A stretch of 64,000 nt of DNA from Vicugna vicugna (Eukaryota), in contig MU057560.1 in the NCBI GenBank assembly GCA_013265495.1, positions 2,170,909 to 2,234,908 of the forward strand, given 5' to 3'. Under the pieces are notes generated by a model. It worked only from the letters and a program-made list of their open reading frames with translations, was not told where the DNA came from and searched no databases. Below, in pieces: positions 39,505 to 50,450 of the stretch. Both the position numbers and the translations under genes were made by a program. Position 1 is the first letter of the stretch, and every line of letters begins with the position of its first letter.

Positions 39505-40669
39505 AAGTCTGTACCGACTGCACGGACAGGACAAGGCCCAAAGAGGCAAGTGTGTGCTTTCATCTGACTGTTTTCTCTCCATTTCCCACGCCACCGTCTT
39601 GACAAATCCCCGGGGTGTCCGGCTCTGGCTGGGCCTGCCCGTTGGCTGTCTGACGGGAGCAGGCGCAGGTGCAGGTGCCGGCCCTGTTGTCCTGGCGGCC
39701 CCGACAGGCAGAGCCGCAGCCAGGGCCCTTCTCCCCGGCTCTGCAGGCCTGGCCGCCCGGGGCGGCGGACCCTCCGTGCGGCGGCCCCGCCCTGTCTCCA
39801 GCCAGTTTCCTGAGCTGGGTTTTCCTACATGTTGGAAACATCTCACGAGGAAGGGCAGAGAGGAAAGGGGTGAGTTCGTTTTCTTCCGAGAGAACAAGCT
39901 TCCCGAATCCTCTGTCGGGCAGTCAGGCTGGTGCGGGAACCGGCTGCGCGCGGGGCCCTGCTGGCAGTCGCGCCCTGCAGCCCCGAGTCCGACCTCCTCA
40001 CTGACGCCTTCATTCCAGCTACTGACTCTCTAATGGCATCTGATGATGGTGATGATGGTGTGAGAGAGTGCTGCTCGGAGCTTCAGGGCCATTGACCCGT
40101 GTTAGGGGGTCACATGGGCCCCGCCAGCGCACACCCGGCCCCTGAGAGTCACTGCGGCTTCTGCCCAGCCCCTAGGGCCCTCCCGCCACCGGGACTTGTC
40201 CTTCCAGCTCTTCCCCTCACTCCTTGTCCGGTCTCCTGCCTCCAGGCCTGTGTCCCTGCTCTTTGTGTCCCCGAAACACGTTTCTCACCCTCCTCGTCAG
40301 GCCAGATCCTACCTGTACTCTCAAGACATGTCTCAAATGTCATTTCAAATGTCAAATAACAGAGTGAAAAGTATAAATCAGATCATGTCATTCTCGCACT
40401 TAAAACCATTAACGGTTCTGATTGTACTTTCAGCCCAACCCAGGGTGCCCTGCACCCAGCCCCCCGCCACCCAGCTCCCGCCCACTGCGTCCAGGCCCCA
40501 AGCCCAGCTCGCCGGCCCTGGGCTGGGGCTCTGGCTGTCCCTTCTCTGCCTTCCCCAGTTCTCCACATGGCCAGCTCTGTCCCCAACAGTCCAGTCTGAG
40601 TTTAAATATCACAGAATCTCCGTGAGCCATTCCCTGACCCCCTACTGGGAGGCAGTCCCTGTCAAGGCA

Positions 40670-41580
40670 GAACAGTGGACCCAAAGATGCCCCACCCCCA
40701 TCCCAAGGAAGCCCCTCCCACATCCCAAGGATGCCCCACCCCAGTCCCAAGGCAGCCCCACCCTAGTCTCCGGGCTGTGAAGGCAATAAGAGCCGCAGGA
40801 GCTTTGCAGAGGGATGACGTTTATGGACAGTGAGCCAGTGGTGCCCAGTGGGGCCACCTGTGTTCTTGGAAGTGGGAGGAGGCAGGCGAGTGAGTCTGAG
40901 ATGCTGGGTGATAGATTCAACCGCGTTTCTGGCTTTGAGGTGGGTGAAGGGGCCACGAGCCATGGGCTGCAGGTGGCCTCTGGATCAGGAAGTGGCCTCA
41001 CAGGGAACGGGTCCTCCCCAAGCCGCCGGAGGAGAGCGCAGCCCGCCCACACTGGGGGTTCAGTCCGATTTTCCCCCAACTGTGAGACAAAGATTTTGTG
41101 GTTTAAGTAGCTACCTTTGTGGTGTCGACTGAAATAAAATCGCACAGTGAGAGGTGTGGGCTGAGTTTTATTTGGGGCAAAATGAGGACTAGAGCCCGGG
41201 AGACGGCCTCCCAGAGCTCTGAGGGGCTGCTCCGAGAGGCGGGGGGCTCAGTGTTGCACACGACTTCGGTGACGCGGGGCGTGCGGTCAGGCACACGTGC
41301 AGGCAGAGGCTGCTGCTGGTCGCGGGGAGCAGGTGTCACCGTTAGTGATGTCGGTGCTTTTCTAGAAATGAGGAGACGTGAGAACTGGGCTCGTAAACTC
41401 TTCTCCTGAAAATATCTAACTATCTGAAGCCAGTTTTCCCAGAGCACAGAGCGCCTCGTTTCTGATTTCCACCCTGAACCCGTCTCAGGGGGGTTGGAGG
41501 TCAGCAGCCGCAGCGGCGGTGATTTAATCCAAGCAGAGGTGGACGGCCACCTGTCACGGCAGAGATGGGGAACCAATACA
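40670..41580 (+). mobile_element. MLT1D-type MaLR LTR, split near its 3' end by another LTR
   Basis: ggctttgaggtgggtgaaggggccacgagcca...ggcctctgga...aactgtgagacaaagattttgtggtttaag...tttgtgg, [insertion], tgtcacggcagagatggggaaccaataca (MLT1-type terminus, 41580). Confidence 0.7.
41123..41549. mobile_element. ERV1 MER41-like LTR nested in the MLT1 LTR
   Basis: Begins TGTCGACTGAAATAAAATCGCACA...GTTTTATT...TGAGGACT..AGCCCGGGAGACGGCCTCCCAGAGCTCTGAGGGGCTGCTCCGA, resembling remembered artiodactyl MER41-like LTRs. Confidence 0.65.
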
Positions 41581-43474
41581 GCCCCTCCCGCCCCCTAATC
41601 CCACCTGTCCCCTTGCTGTTTTCTCCATGACTCAATGTCTCCTGAGAAAAGGCGATCATTCCCATTGCCGCGTCTGTGTTCCAGCCCCCACGCAGCCCCC
41701 CAGCCAAAGGCAGGCCTGGCCCCCCCGCCCGGGGCCCGCACGGCAGACACGTGCTGAGTGGGACAGCAGTGAGGGCCTTTTTCTTTTCTTTTTGCCTTTT
41801 TTTGGCTTTTTTCTAATTTTATAATATTTTATTTTTGTAATAAAACTGATTCATTAACATACAAATACGTGTGATTTGTTAAATCTCCTTATGACATCCT
41901 GAATAAATTTACAAATGGAAATATCTTTTTTTTTGTTGAAAACTTCATCTCAATTTTTGGTTCAGAAATGCAGTCACCACGTCCTGCTCAGTGAGCAGGG
42001 GCTGCTCTGTGAGCTGCTTTACGGAGGGAGGGAGTGGGGGAGGGCCCAGGCGCTGCAGACCGGGGAGACACTAGGATATGGTCCCCATCCACCCCCACCC
42101 CCGCAGGCTCACAGGTCAGCCTCCCGCCTTGCTGGGCTACCCACACCCATTTCAGCCTCCTCTCCCGCTCTGGCCTCCGAACGGCTTCCTTTGGCCGCTG
42201 CTGGTGGGGCTGATGGAGGATCCCGTCCTGGGCTGGGGCTCAGGCTGGTGACCTCAGCTCCTTCCGGTCTCCGTCTGTCTGTCTCCTCCCTGGGCCGGGA
42301 GCTGCAGGCCCCGAGGGCACGGGTGGGCGTCTTTGAGGCAGTCCACACTGGGGAAGGCCCCGTGGCCGCAGGAGTGGTGGGGTGGGGGCTGGTGTGGGGC
42401 AGCCCTTCCCACCCATCACCTGGCCAGCAGCCCCGTTCTCAGTCGTGTGAGGCTCCCGGGGAATAATTTCAGGGATACAGTGGTGTCTGGCAGCTGGATG
42501 GTCTCCACGGGATTTAAACAGCAGATGGCTTGGAATTTAGGAGCCGAGGCCAGGCTGCCGCATGGAATAGCGTGTTATTTCTTCCTGGGAAATGCTTCCT
42601 GTCAGGCAAACACCAGCAAATCAAAAACCAATTCTGCGGAGGGATGATTTTTGCCTTCCGAAAGATGAGATTACGAAAGCTAAGAAAGACTGTGCGCTCG
42701 GCGGAGAAACCCAAATGCCCTTGTTCTGTAGAAGTGTGTACATCTCCTGTGTGTTCCACGCCCGTGGAAGTGCACGTGCAAGGCCGTGATCACGGGCGCA
42801 GGGCAGGTGTCAGGCCCAAAGTGTCCATTTTGTCACTGGTGCCTTCGTGTCTGCTAAACGTTCCAGGAGGGGCAGCAGCTGTCCGTGCGTCCCGCTGAGG
42901 CACTGGTGCAGCCGGCATCCCCACGGCACCCGACTCCCGCAGGAAGGCGTGTGAACATGTCTTTATGGCTGTACACCTGGGGGGGGCCAGGTGAGGTGGG
43001 GGGGATGCTGCACCCTGCCCGGGGTGTGCGGTTGCAGGTGTGGCTGGACCTGGCCGAGGGAGGCCACGTGCCCTCAGCCGTCCCTGCAAAACCCAGAGCC
43101 CTGGCCGCCGCTGTCCCAGCGCAGCCCCGCTTGGCTTCCCGGCCACCCCCAGGCGCCTTTGCAGTCAAGGAGTCAACCTTTGTTTGCTATAAATCACATC
43201 CCAGACAGCAGCCCAGGGACGTGGGCCCTATTTCCTCTCCTCGGCTGATAACAACAGACAATTGATTTCCTGTCCAAAGCTGGGTACTCCAGCGAAATTA
43301 AAAGAGTCATATCTCAGCGGAAAATAATATTGTAATCTCCCTCCCCCCGTCTCGGGCGTGAATTGAGCGTTTTACGTTCCTGGTCGCCTGACGCCTGCGC
43401 AGCTTTTCATTTCCTCTCCGCCTGCTCATACCCCGCTGCTCCTGTCAGCCAGGCTGCGATCTTCACAGCCCCTG

Positions 43475-46400
43475 TGTGTGACCCGCACGGCCTCCCTGCC
43501 TGACCGCACAGCCTCCCTGTCTGACCCTCTCAACCTCCGGCTCTGACCCGCTCAGCCTCCCTCTCTGCCCCTCTCAACCTCCGGCTCTGACCCGCTCAGC
43601 CTCCCTCTCTGCCCCTCTCAACCTCCGGCTCTGACCCGCTCAGCCTCCCTCTCTGCCCCTCTCAACCTCCGGCTCTGACCCGCTCAGCCTCCCTCTCTGC
43701 CCCTCTCAACCTCCGGCTCTGACCCGCTCAGCCTCCCTCTCTGCCCCTCTCAACCTCCGGCTCTGACCCGCTCAGCCTCCCTCTCTGCCCCTCTCAACCT
43801 CCGGCTCTGACCCGCTCAGCCTCCCTCTCTGCCCCTCTCAACCTCCGGCTCTGACCCGCTCAGCCTCCCTCTCTGCCCCTCTCAACCTCCGGCTCTGACC
43901 CGCTCAGCCTCCCTCTCTGCCCCTCTCAACCTCCGGCTCTGACCCGCTCAGCCTCCCTCTCTGCCCCTCTCAACCTCCGGCTCTGACCCGCTCAGCCTCC
44001 CTCTCTGCCCCTCTCAACCTCCGGCTCTGACCCGCTCAGCCTCCCTCTCTGCCCCTCTCAACCTCCGGCTCTGACCCGCTCAGCCTCCCTCTCTGCCCCT
44101 CTCAACCTCCGGCTCTGACCCGCTCAGCCTCCCTCTCTGCCCCTCTCAACCTCCGGCTCTGACCCGCTCAGCCTCCCTCTCTGCCCCTCTCAACCTCCGG
44201 CTCTGACCCGCTCAGCCTCCCTCTCTGCCCCTCTCAACCTCCGGCTCTGACCCGCTCAGCCTCCCTCTCTGCCCCTCTCAACCTCCGGCTCTGACCCGCT
44301 CAGCCTCCCTCTCTGCCCCTCTCAACCTCCGGCTCTGACCCGCTCAGCCTCCCTCTCTGCCCCTCTCAACCTCCGGCTCTGACCCGCTCAGCCTCCCTCT
44401 CTGCCCCTCTCAACCTCCGGCTCTGACCCGCTCAGCCTCCCTCTCTGCCCCTCTCAACCTCCGGCTCTGACCCGCTCAGCCTCCCTCTCTGCCCCTCTCA
44501 ACCTCCGGCTCTGACCCGCTCAGCCTCCCTCTCTGCCCCTCTCAACCTCCGGCTCTGACCCGCTCAGCCTCCCTCTCTGCCCCTCTCAACCTCCGGCTCT
44601 GACCCGCTCAGCCTCCCTCTCTGCCCCTCTCAACCTCCGGCTCTGACCCGCTCAGCCTCCCTCTCTGCCCCTCTCAACCTCCGGCTCTGACCCGCTCAGC
44701 CTCCCTCTCTGCCCCTCTCAACCTCCGGCTCTGACCCGCTCAGCCTCCCTCTCTGCCCCTCTCAACCTCCGGCTCTGACCCGCTCAGCCTCCCTCTCTGC
44801 CCCTCTCAACCTCCGGCTCTGACCCGCTCAGCCTCCCTCTCTGCCCCTCTCAACCTCCGGCTCTGACCCGCTCAGCCTCCCTCTCTGCCCCTCTCAACCT
44901 CCGGCTCTGACCCGCTCAGCCTCCCTCTCTGCCCCTCTCAACCTCCGGCTCTGACCCGCTCAGCCTCCCTCTCTGCCCCTCTCAACCTCCGGCTCTGACC
45001 CGCTCAGCCTCCCTCTCTGCCCCTCTCAACCTCCGGCTCTGACCCGCTCAGCCTCCCTCTCTGCCCCTCTCAACCTCCGGCTCTGACCCGCTCAGCCTCC
45101 CTCTCTGCCCCTCTCAACCTCCGGCTCTGACCCGCTCAGCCTCCCTCTCTGCCCCTCTCAACCTCCGGCTCTGACCCGCTCAGCCTCCCTCTCTGCCCCT
45201 CTCAACCTCCGGCTCTGACCCGCTCAGCCTCCCTCTCTGCCCCTCTCAACCTCCGGCTCTGACCCGCTCAGCCTCCCTCTCTGCCCCTCTCAACCTCCGG
45301 CTCTGACCCGCTCAGCCTCCCTCTCTGCCCCTCTCAACCTCCGGCTCTGACCCGCTCAGCCTCCCTCTCTGCCCCTCTCAACCTCCGGCTCTGACCCGCT
45401 CAGCCTCCCTCTCTGCCCCTCTCAACCTCCGGCTCTGACCCGCTCAGCCTCCCTCTCTGCCCCTCTCAACCTCCGGCTCTGACCCGCTCAGCCTCCCTCT
45501 CTGCCCCTCTCAACCTCCGGCTCTGACCCGCTCAGCCTCCCTCTCTGCCCCTCTCAACCTCCGGCTCTGACCCGCTCAGCCTCCCTCTCTGCCCCTCTCA
45601 ACCTCCGGCTCTGACCCGCTCAGCCTCCCTCTCTGCCCCTCTCAACCTCCGGCTCTGACCCGCTCAGCCTCCCTCTCTGCCCCTCTCAACCTCCGGCTCT
45701 GACCCGCTCAGCCTCCCTCTCTGCCCCTCTCAACCTCCGGCTCTGACCCGCTCAGCCTCCCTCTCTGCCCCTCTCAACCTCCGGCTCTGACCCGCTCAGC
45801 CTCCCTCTCTGCCCCTCTCAACCTCCGGCTCTGACCCGCTCAGCCTCCCTCTCTGCCCCTCTCAACCTCCGGCTCTGACCCGCTCAGCCTCCCTCTCTGC
45901 CCCTCTCAACCTCCGGCTCTGACCCGCTCAGCCTCCCTCTCTGCCCCTCTCAACCTCCGGCTCTGACCCGCTCAGCCTCCCTCTCTGCCCCTCTCAACCT
46001 CCGGCTCTGACCCGCTCAGCCTCCCTCTCTGCCCCTCTCAACCTCCGGCTCTGACCCGCTCAGCCTCCCTCTCTGCCCCTCTCAACCTCCGGCTCTGACC
46101 CGCTCAGCCTCCCTCTCTGCCCCTCTCAACCTCCGGCTCTGACCCGCTCAGCCTCCCTCTCTGCCCCTCTCAACCTCCGGCTCTGACCCGCTCAGCCTCC
46201 CTCTCTGCCCCTCTCAACCTCCGGCTCTGACCCGCTCAGCCTCCCTCTCTGCCCCTCTCAACCTCCGGCTCTGACCCGCTCAGCCTCCCTCTCTGCCCCT
46301 CTCAACCTCCGGCTCTGACCCGCTCAGCCTCCCTCTCTGCCCCTCTCAACCTCCGGCTCTGACCCGCTCAGCCTCCCTCTCTGCCCCTCTCAACCTCCGG

Positions 46401-46882
46401 CTCTGACCCGCTCAGCCTCCCTCTCTGCCCCTCTCAACCTCCGGCTCTGACCCGCTCAGCCTCCCTCTCTGCCCCTCTCAACCTCCGGCTCTGACCCGCT
46501 CAGCCTCCCTCTCTGCCCCTCTCAACCTCCGGCTCTGACCCGCTCAGCCTCCCTCTCTGCCCCTCTCAACCTCCGGCTCTGACCCGCTCAGCCTCCCTCT
46601 CTGCCCCTCTCAACCTCCGGCTCTGACCCGCTCAGCCTCCCTCTCTGCCCCTCTCAACCTCCGGCTCTGACCCGCTCAGCCTCCCTCTCTGCCCCTCTCA
46701 ACCTCCGGCTCTGACCCGCTCAGCCTCCCTCTCTGCCCCTCTCAACCTCCGGCTCTGACCCGCTCAGCCTCCCTCTCTGCCCCTCTCAACCTCCGGCTCT
46801 GACCCGCTCAGCCTCCCTCTCTGCCCCTCTCAACCTCCGTCTCTGACCCTCTCAACCTCTGTCTCTGACCTGCACAGCCTCT
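43475..46882. repeat. 44-bp minisatellite CTCTGACCCGCTCAGCCTCCCTCTCTGCCCCTCTCAACCTCCGG, 75 units (43541-46840) with degenerate 21-22-bp flanking units
   Basis: The period is 44 and the line pattern recurs every 660 bp. 74 units look identical on reading; the 75th ends CCGT. Confidence 0.98.
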
Positions 46883-48235
46883 TTATTAAGAAGAGATAGT
46901 TTAGCAATGTGGGTGGGCATTGGCCCATTTTACAGATGAAAGGTTTTGATAAATGCACACAATGTGGCCAGGCTGAGATCTTTAGATTGCGGGTGGAAGA
47001 GACAAGAGGGCACCTCAGTCTTCTTGTCCAAATCCTCCGACAGTGGGACACACATCTGTCCTCCCCCCACCCCTGCTGGCTGCTAGAACTTTGGCCTGGC
47101 CTCTCTGCTACCTTGGGAGCAGTAATCGGCCCGGCTGGTCCCAGGTCCCCGTGGTCCTTGCTGAGTGAGTGGCGTGAATGACGGATCCACCACCATCCTC
47201 GCTGCCTCGGCACCGATGTCACTGTCACTGTGCCCGACCAGAGGGTCCAGAAGAGGAGGTGGGAAGAGCCATGTGTGGATGGGGGTCTGACCAGTCAGAG
47301 CAGGGGTGCGGGTGGGGAGAAGGCGGGGTACCTGGGGGCCCCTTCCTGCTGTCACCCGTGGCCCAGGGCTCTGGCCCCTCCCAGGCCCGTGAACAGACAG
47401 GCCTTTACTCGCTGGCAGAGCTTTTGCTTCCTGACCTGAAAAACGGGGCTGATGGCACGTTTCCCCGCGGGAGAGCCGTGGATAGGCGGTGTCCATGAGC
47501 CTGTCTGCCTCGTCAGCATCTGTTACATCTCGTGTCAAGTCTCCAATCACAAAACAAGCCATTTTGGGGACAGGCCGCACAAGCTGCTGCCGGGGCGGGG
47601 GCGGGGTGGGGAGAAGTGAAGGAGGGGCCGGGTGGGGGGAGCAGGCACCAGGAACGAACGTCCCACTTCCCTTTCTCACCTCGGGTTGCCTGCTGGGAGT
47701 CCTTGTCAATGGCACGGCTCCGGACTGCTCGGACATCTCCGTGGTGCAGGGTGGCAGCTCCCAGGGTGAATGAGGCAGCAGCGGGCCAGCAGGCCGGTGT
47801 GGCCAGCTCACCAGGGAGGCGGATCTCCGCTGTGCCGCTTCTCCTGGTCGCGGTCTCCTAAGGCCGACGGTGCCAGGGCGTTGGTGCCACGTCCTTCCCC
47901 CAGGCGACGGCAGCGGGCCGCCCGCACCGCCGTGAGCCTGCCGCCCGCCCCGTGCTGACTGGCTCGGGCCCCGGCACTCCCGCCGTGAAGCTGCTGAGGA
48001 CACACGTTCTTTGGGTTCCTGTGCTGGTGTCCATCGTAGTCACGTGTTCACAGGGCTTCTGTGGCTCTAACAAGGAGACGCTTTTCCTTAGGAAATGGTT
48101 TTGAATGTAAAAGAAAAGGATGATACATACTGGAAAGATTTCAGGTTTCTGGTTTTGTTTTCCGAAGGTTCCCGTAGACTAAAGCCTGAGAGTAGAGGAA
48201 TTCCTTTCTTTCATTTCTTTAGAGAGAAGAATTTC

Positions 48236-48357
48236 ATTTTGGGAGAGGAGAGGTAAGTAGGTTTATTTATTTATTTTTGATGGAGGGACTGGGGGCTGAA
48301 CCCAGGGCCTTGCACGTGCTGAGCGCGTGCGCCACCGCTGAGCGATGCCCCGCCCCC
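48236..48357 (-). mobile_element. tRNA-Ala-derived SINE (Vic-1 type), GC-shifted
   Basis: aggtaagtaggtttatttatttatttttgatggagggactgggggctgaacccagggccttgcacgtgctgagcgcgtgcgccaccgctgagcgatgcccc. Confidence 0.8.
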
Positions 48358-48569
48358 CAGAATGCCTAATCTTAGGCCAGAAATGATTTCCCCAACCTGT
48401 TTATTTGCGCTCTGAGTGGTGGTGGTGCTGTGTCACGTCACACGTGCCCACGTGGAAACCGGCCCCTCTCGGCGTGCTGAGGGCTTCTGACTGCAGGAAC
48501 GGCTGCCTCTCCCAATTTTCCAGTTTGGCATTTAAAAAAAAATTTCACCTTTCTTCTTTTTGTTAATTA

Positions 48570-48722
48570 AAAAAGTTTTAAAGTTGACGTGTAGTTGATT
48601 TACAGTTTTGTGTTAGTTTCTGGTGTACGGCCCAGGGATTCACGCACGCACGCACACGTACCTCTTCATGTTCTTGTTCGTTACAGACTGTTACAAGACA
48701 TTGAATGTAGTTCCCTGTGCTC
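48570..48722 (-). mobile_element. 5'-truncated L1 3' end
   Basis: gttgacgtgtagttgatttacagttttgtgttagtttctggtgtac...ttacaagacattgaatgtagttccctgtgct. Confidence 0.8.
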
Positions 48723-49529
48723 CAGTTTGGCATTCACCATCCTACATACCCCCTCCTCAGATTAGAAACATTTCACTCCCCAAGATCATGTGTTGATCCG
48801 CACTTACTACCAGCACTTAACGGTTATAGGTTGTGACTTCACTCTGGGCCCCTGGGTGGGTGTGTGGTGTGAGCGTGTGCGGCTCGTTCACGGCCCCCAG
48901 GTAACTAACTTCCTCGCGCCATGTATTTATTTCACGTAACACATTTGTCTGTGGAGGCTCCTAGGAGCCAGCTCCTCTGTTAGGGCTACGTGTACGGACC
49001 CCTTTGACCCGCACAGCGGACCCCGTGTGGGTGCTATCGCTGACGCTTTGCTGACAGAGGACTTGGAGGAGTCGCGTGGGGTGCTCGGGGCCACGGCAGG
49101 ACCCACCAGCGCCAGGCAGCAGGCTGGCTCTGGACCACGGTGGCCGCCCCTCACGTCCAGATGCCAGTGTCCCGTGTGCTCCCTGCTCAGACACTCCTGG
49201 CGTGTTTCTGGGTGTCTGTGTCCTGGCGCCTCAGCGTAGGGGGTCCCACGTGCCTCCAGGTCATGGTCCTTCAGGCTTCCTTTCCTTCCCTCCCTCCAGG
49301 TGCCGTTATGATCCACTCTCATAACAGCTCCACGGGAATTCTGACGGAGTTGCCACAGATTCACAGATGAGTTTGGCGAGAACACACGGCTGTAACGTTG
49401 TCCTTCTGATCTGGAGTGGACAGCGCTTGCCCGCCAGTCCAGTCCCCTCCTGGGCTGCGCAGCTGGGCCTGTGGCGCTAATCTTGTGAGCCCGATGTGCC
49501 TTTTGTGAGCTTAATTTCCAGATGGTCAA

Positions 49530-50450
49530 TTTTTCTATTGTAAATAGGGTTCTTTTTCCATTGTTGCCCTAACTGTGCAGGCTGACATACAGGAAAATGA
49601 TTGCTTTTTTATGTTCATATTAATGGAGTTAAAAAAATTAGTGTAGTTTTAGCTTTTTCTTTCAGGTAGACAATCATGCTATCTTTGAGTAATGTCAGTT
49701 TTGCCTCTTCCTTACCAATAGAAGGGGGCACAATTACACATATATGTCTTTTCAACTTTTTAAAATCTGTTTTCGCCTTTCTCATCCTGTTGTGCAGCTG
49801 GGAGGATGCTGGCTGCAGCCACCCGCCTTGTCTTCCCCATGGTTTCCATGGGCATGCTGCCGTGGACGGACTGTGGGCTGCTGGCGATCAGCTTCGTGGC
49901 TGAGCAGGTATTTTTAATCGTGTGCAGGAGCATTCCCCCTCCTTAGCTTCCTGAGAAGCTTTAACCAGTGTTTTCCACCAGTTATTGACACGATCGCGGG
50001 CTTTTCTCCACTGGTTTCTGTCTGTGCTGAGCAGGTGATTCTGCGTTCGGCTCAGCCCTTGCCTGGTTTCAGTGTTTGTACCAGATGTATGGTGCTTACC
50101 GCACCGCTGACACACTTCCTGTGTGATGGTCGGTCCGTGCTCCTAAGGGACACCCGCCTTTAGTTTCCTTCTTGGCCTGTTCTTACTTGTGTCCCCGGGC
50201 TGTGCTGGCTCTGGGGCATGAAGTATCGGGAAGTGTGCCCTCTTCCTGTGTTCCCTGGAAACGCTGATCCAGCACGGGAAGGATCTGTTCCACGACGGTC
50301 TGGAGACACCGCCTGTGACGCATCTGGGGCTGGTACCCTGCGAGAAGCGGCTCCTGAGCAGCATGTCCAGTTTCACACGCAGCTTTTTGCGTATGGATTC
50401 AGTTGCGGCGCCTCATTTTCCCAGGCAAGAGAAAGGCAGACTGTCTAAAT
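49530..50450 (-). mobile_element. Highly decayed L1 ORF2-region fragments
   Basis: taggaaaatgattgc-like segment, ttcaggtagacaatcatgctatct and aagtgtgccctcttcctgtgttccctggaa resemble antisense L1M. Confidence 0.5.

Noticed and set aside
43541..46840. CRISPR-like array or repeat-protein gene
   Set aside because: There are no unique spacers, the context is eukaryotic, and all six frames contain stops.
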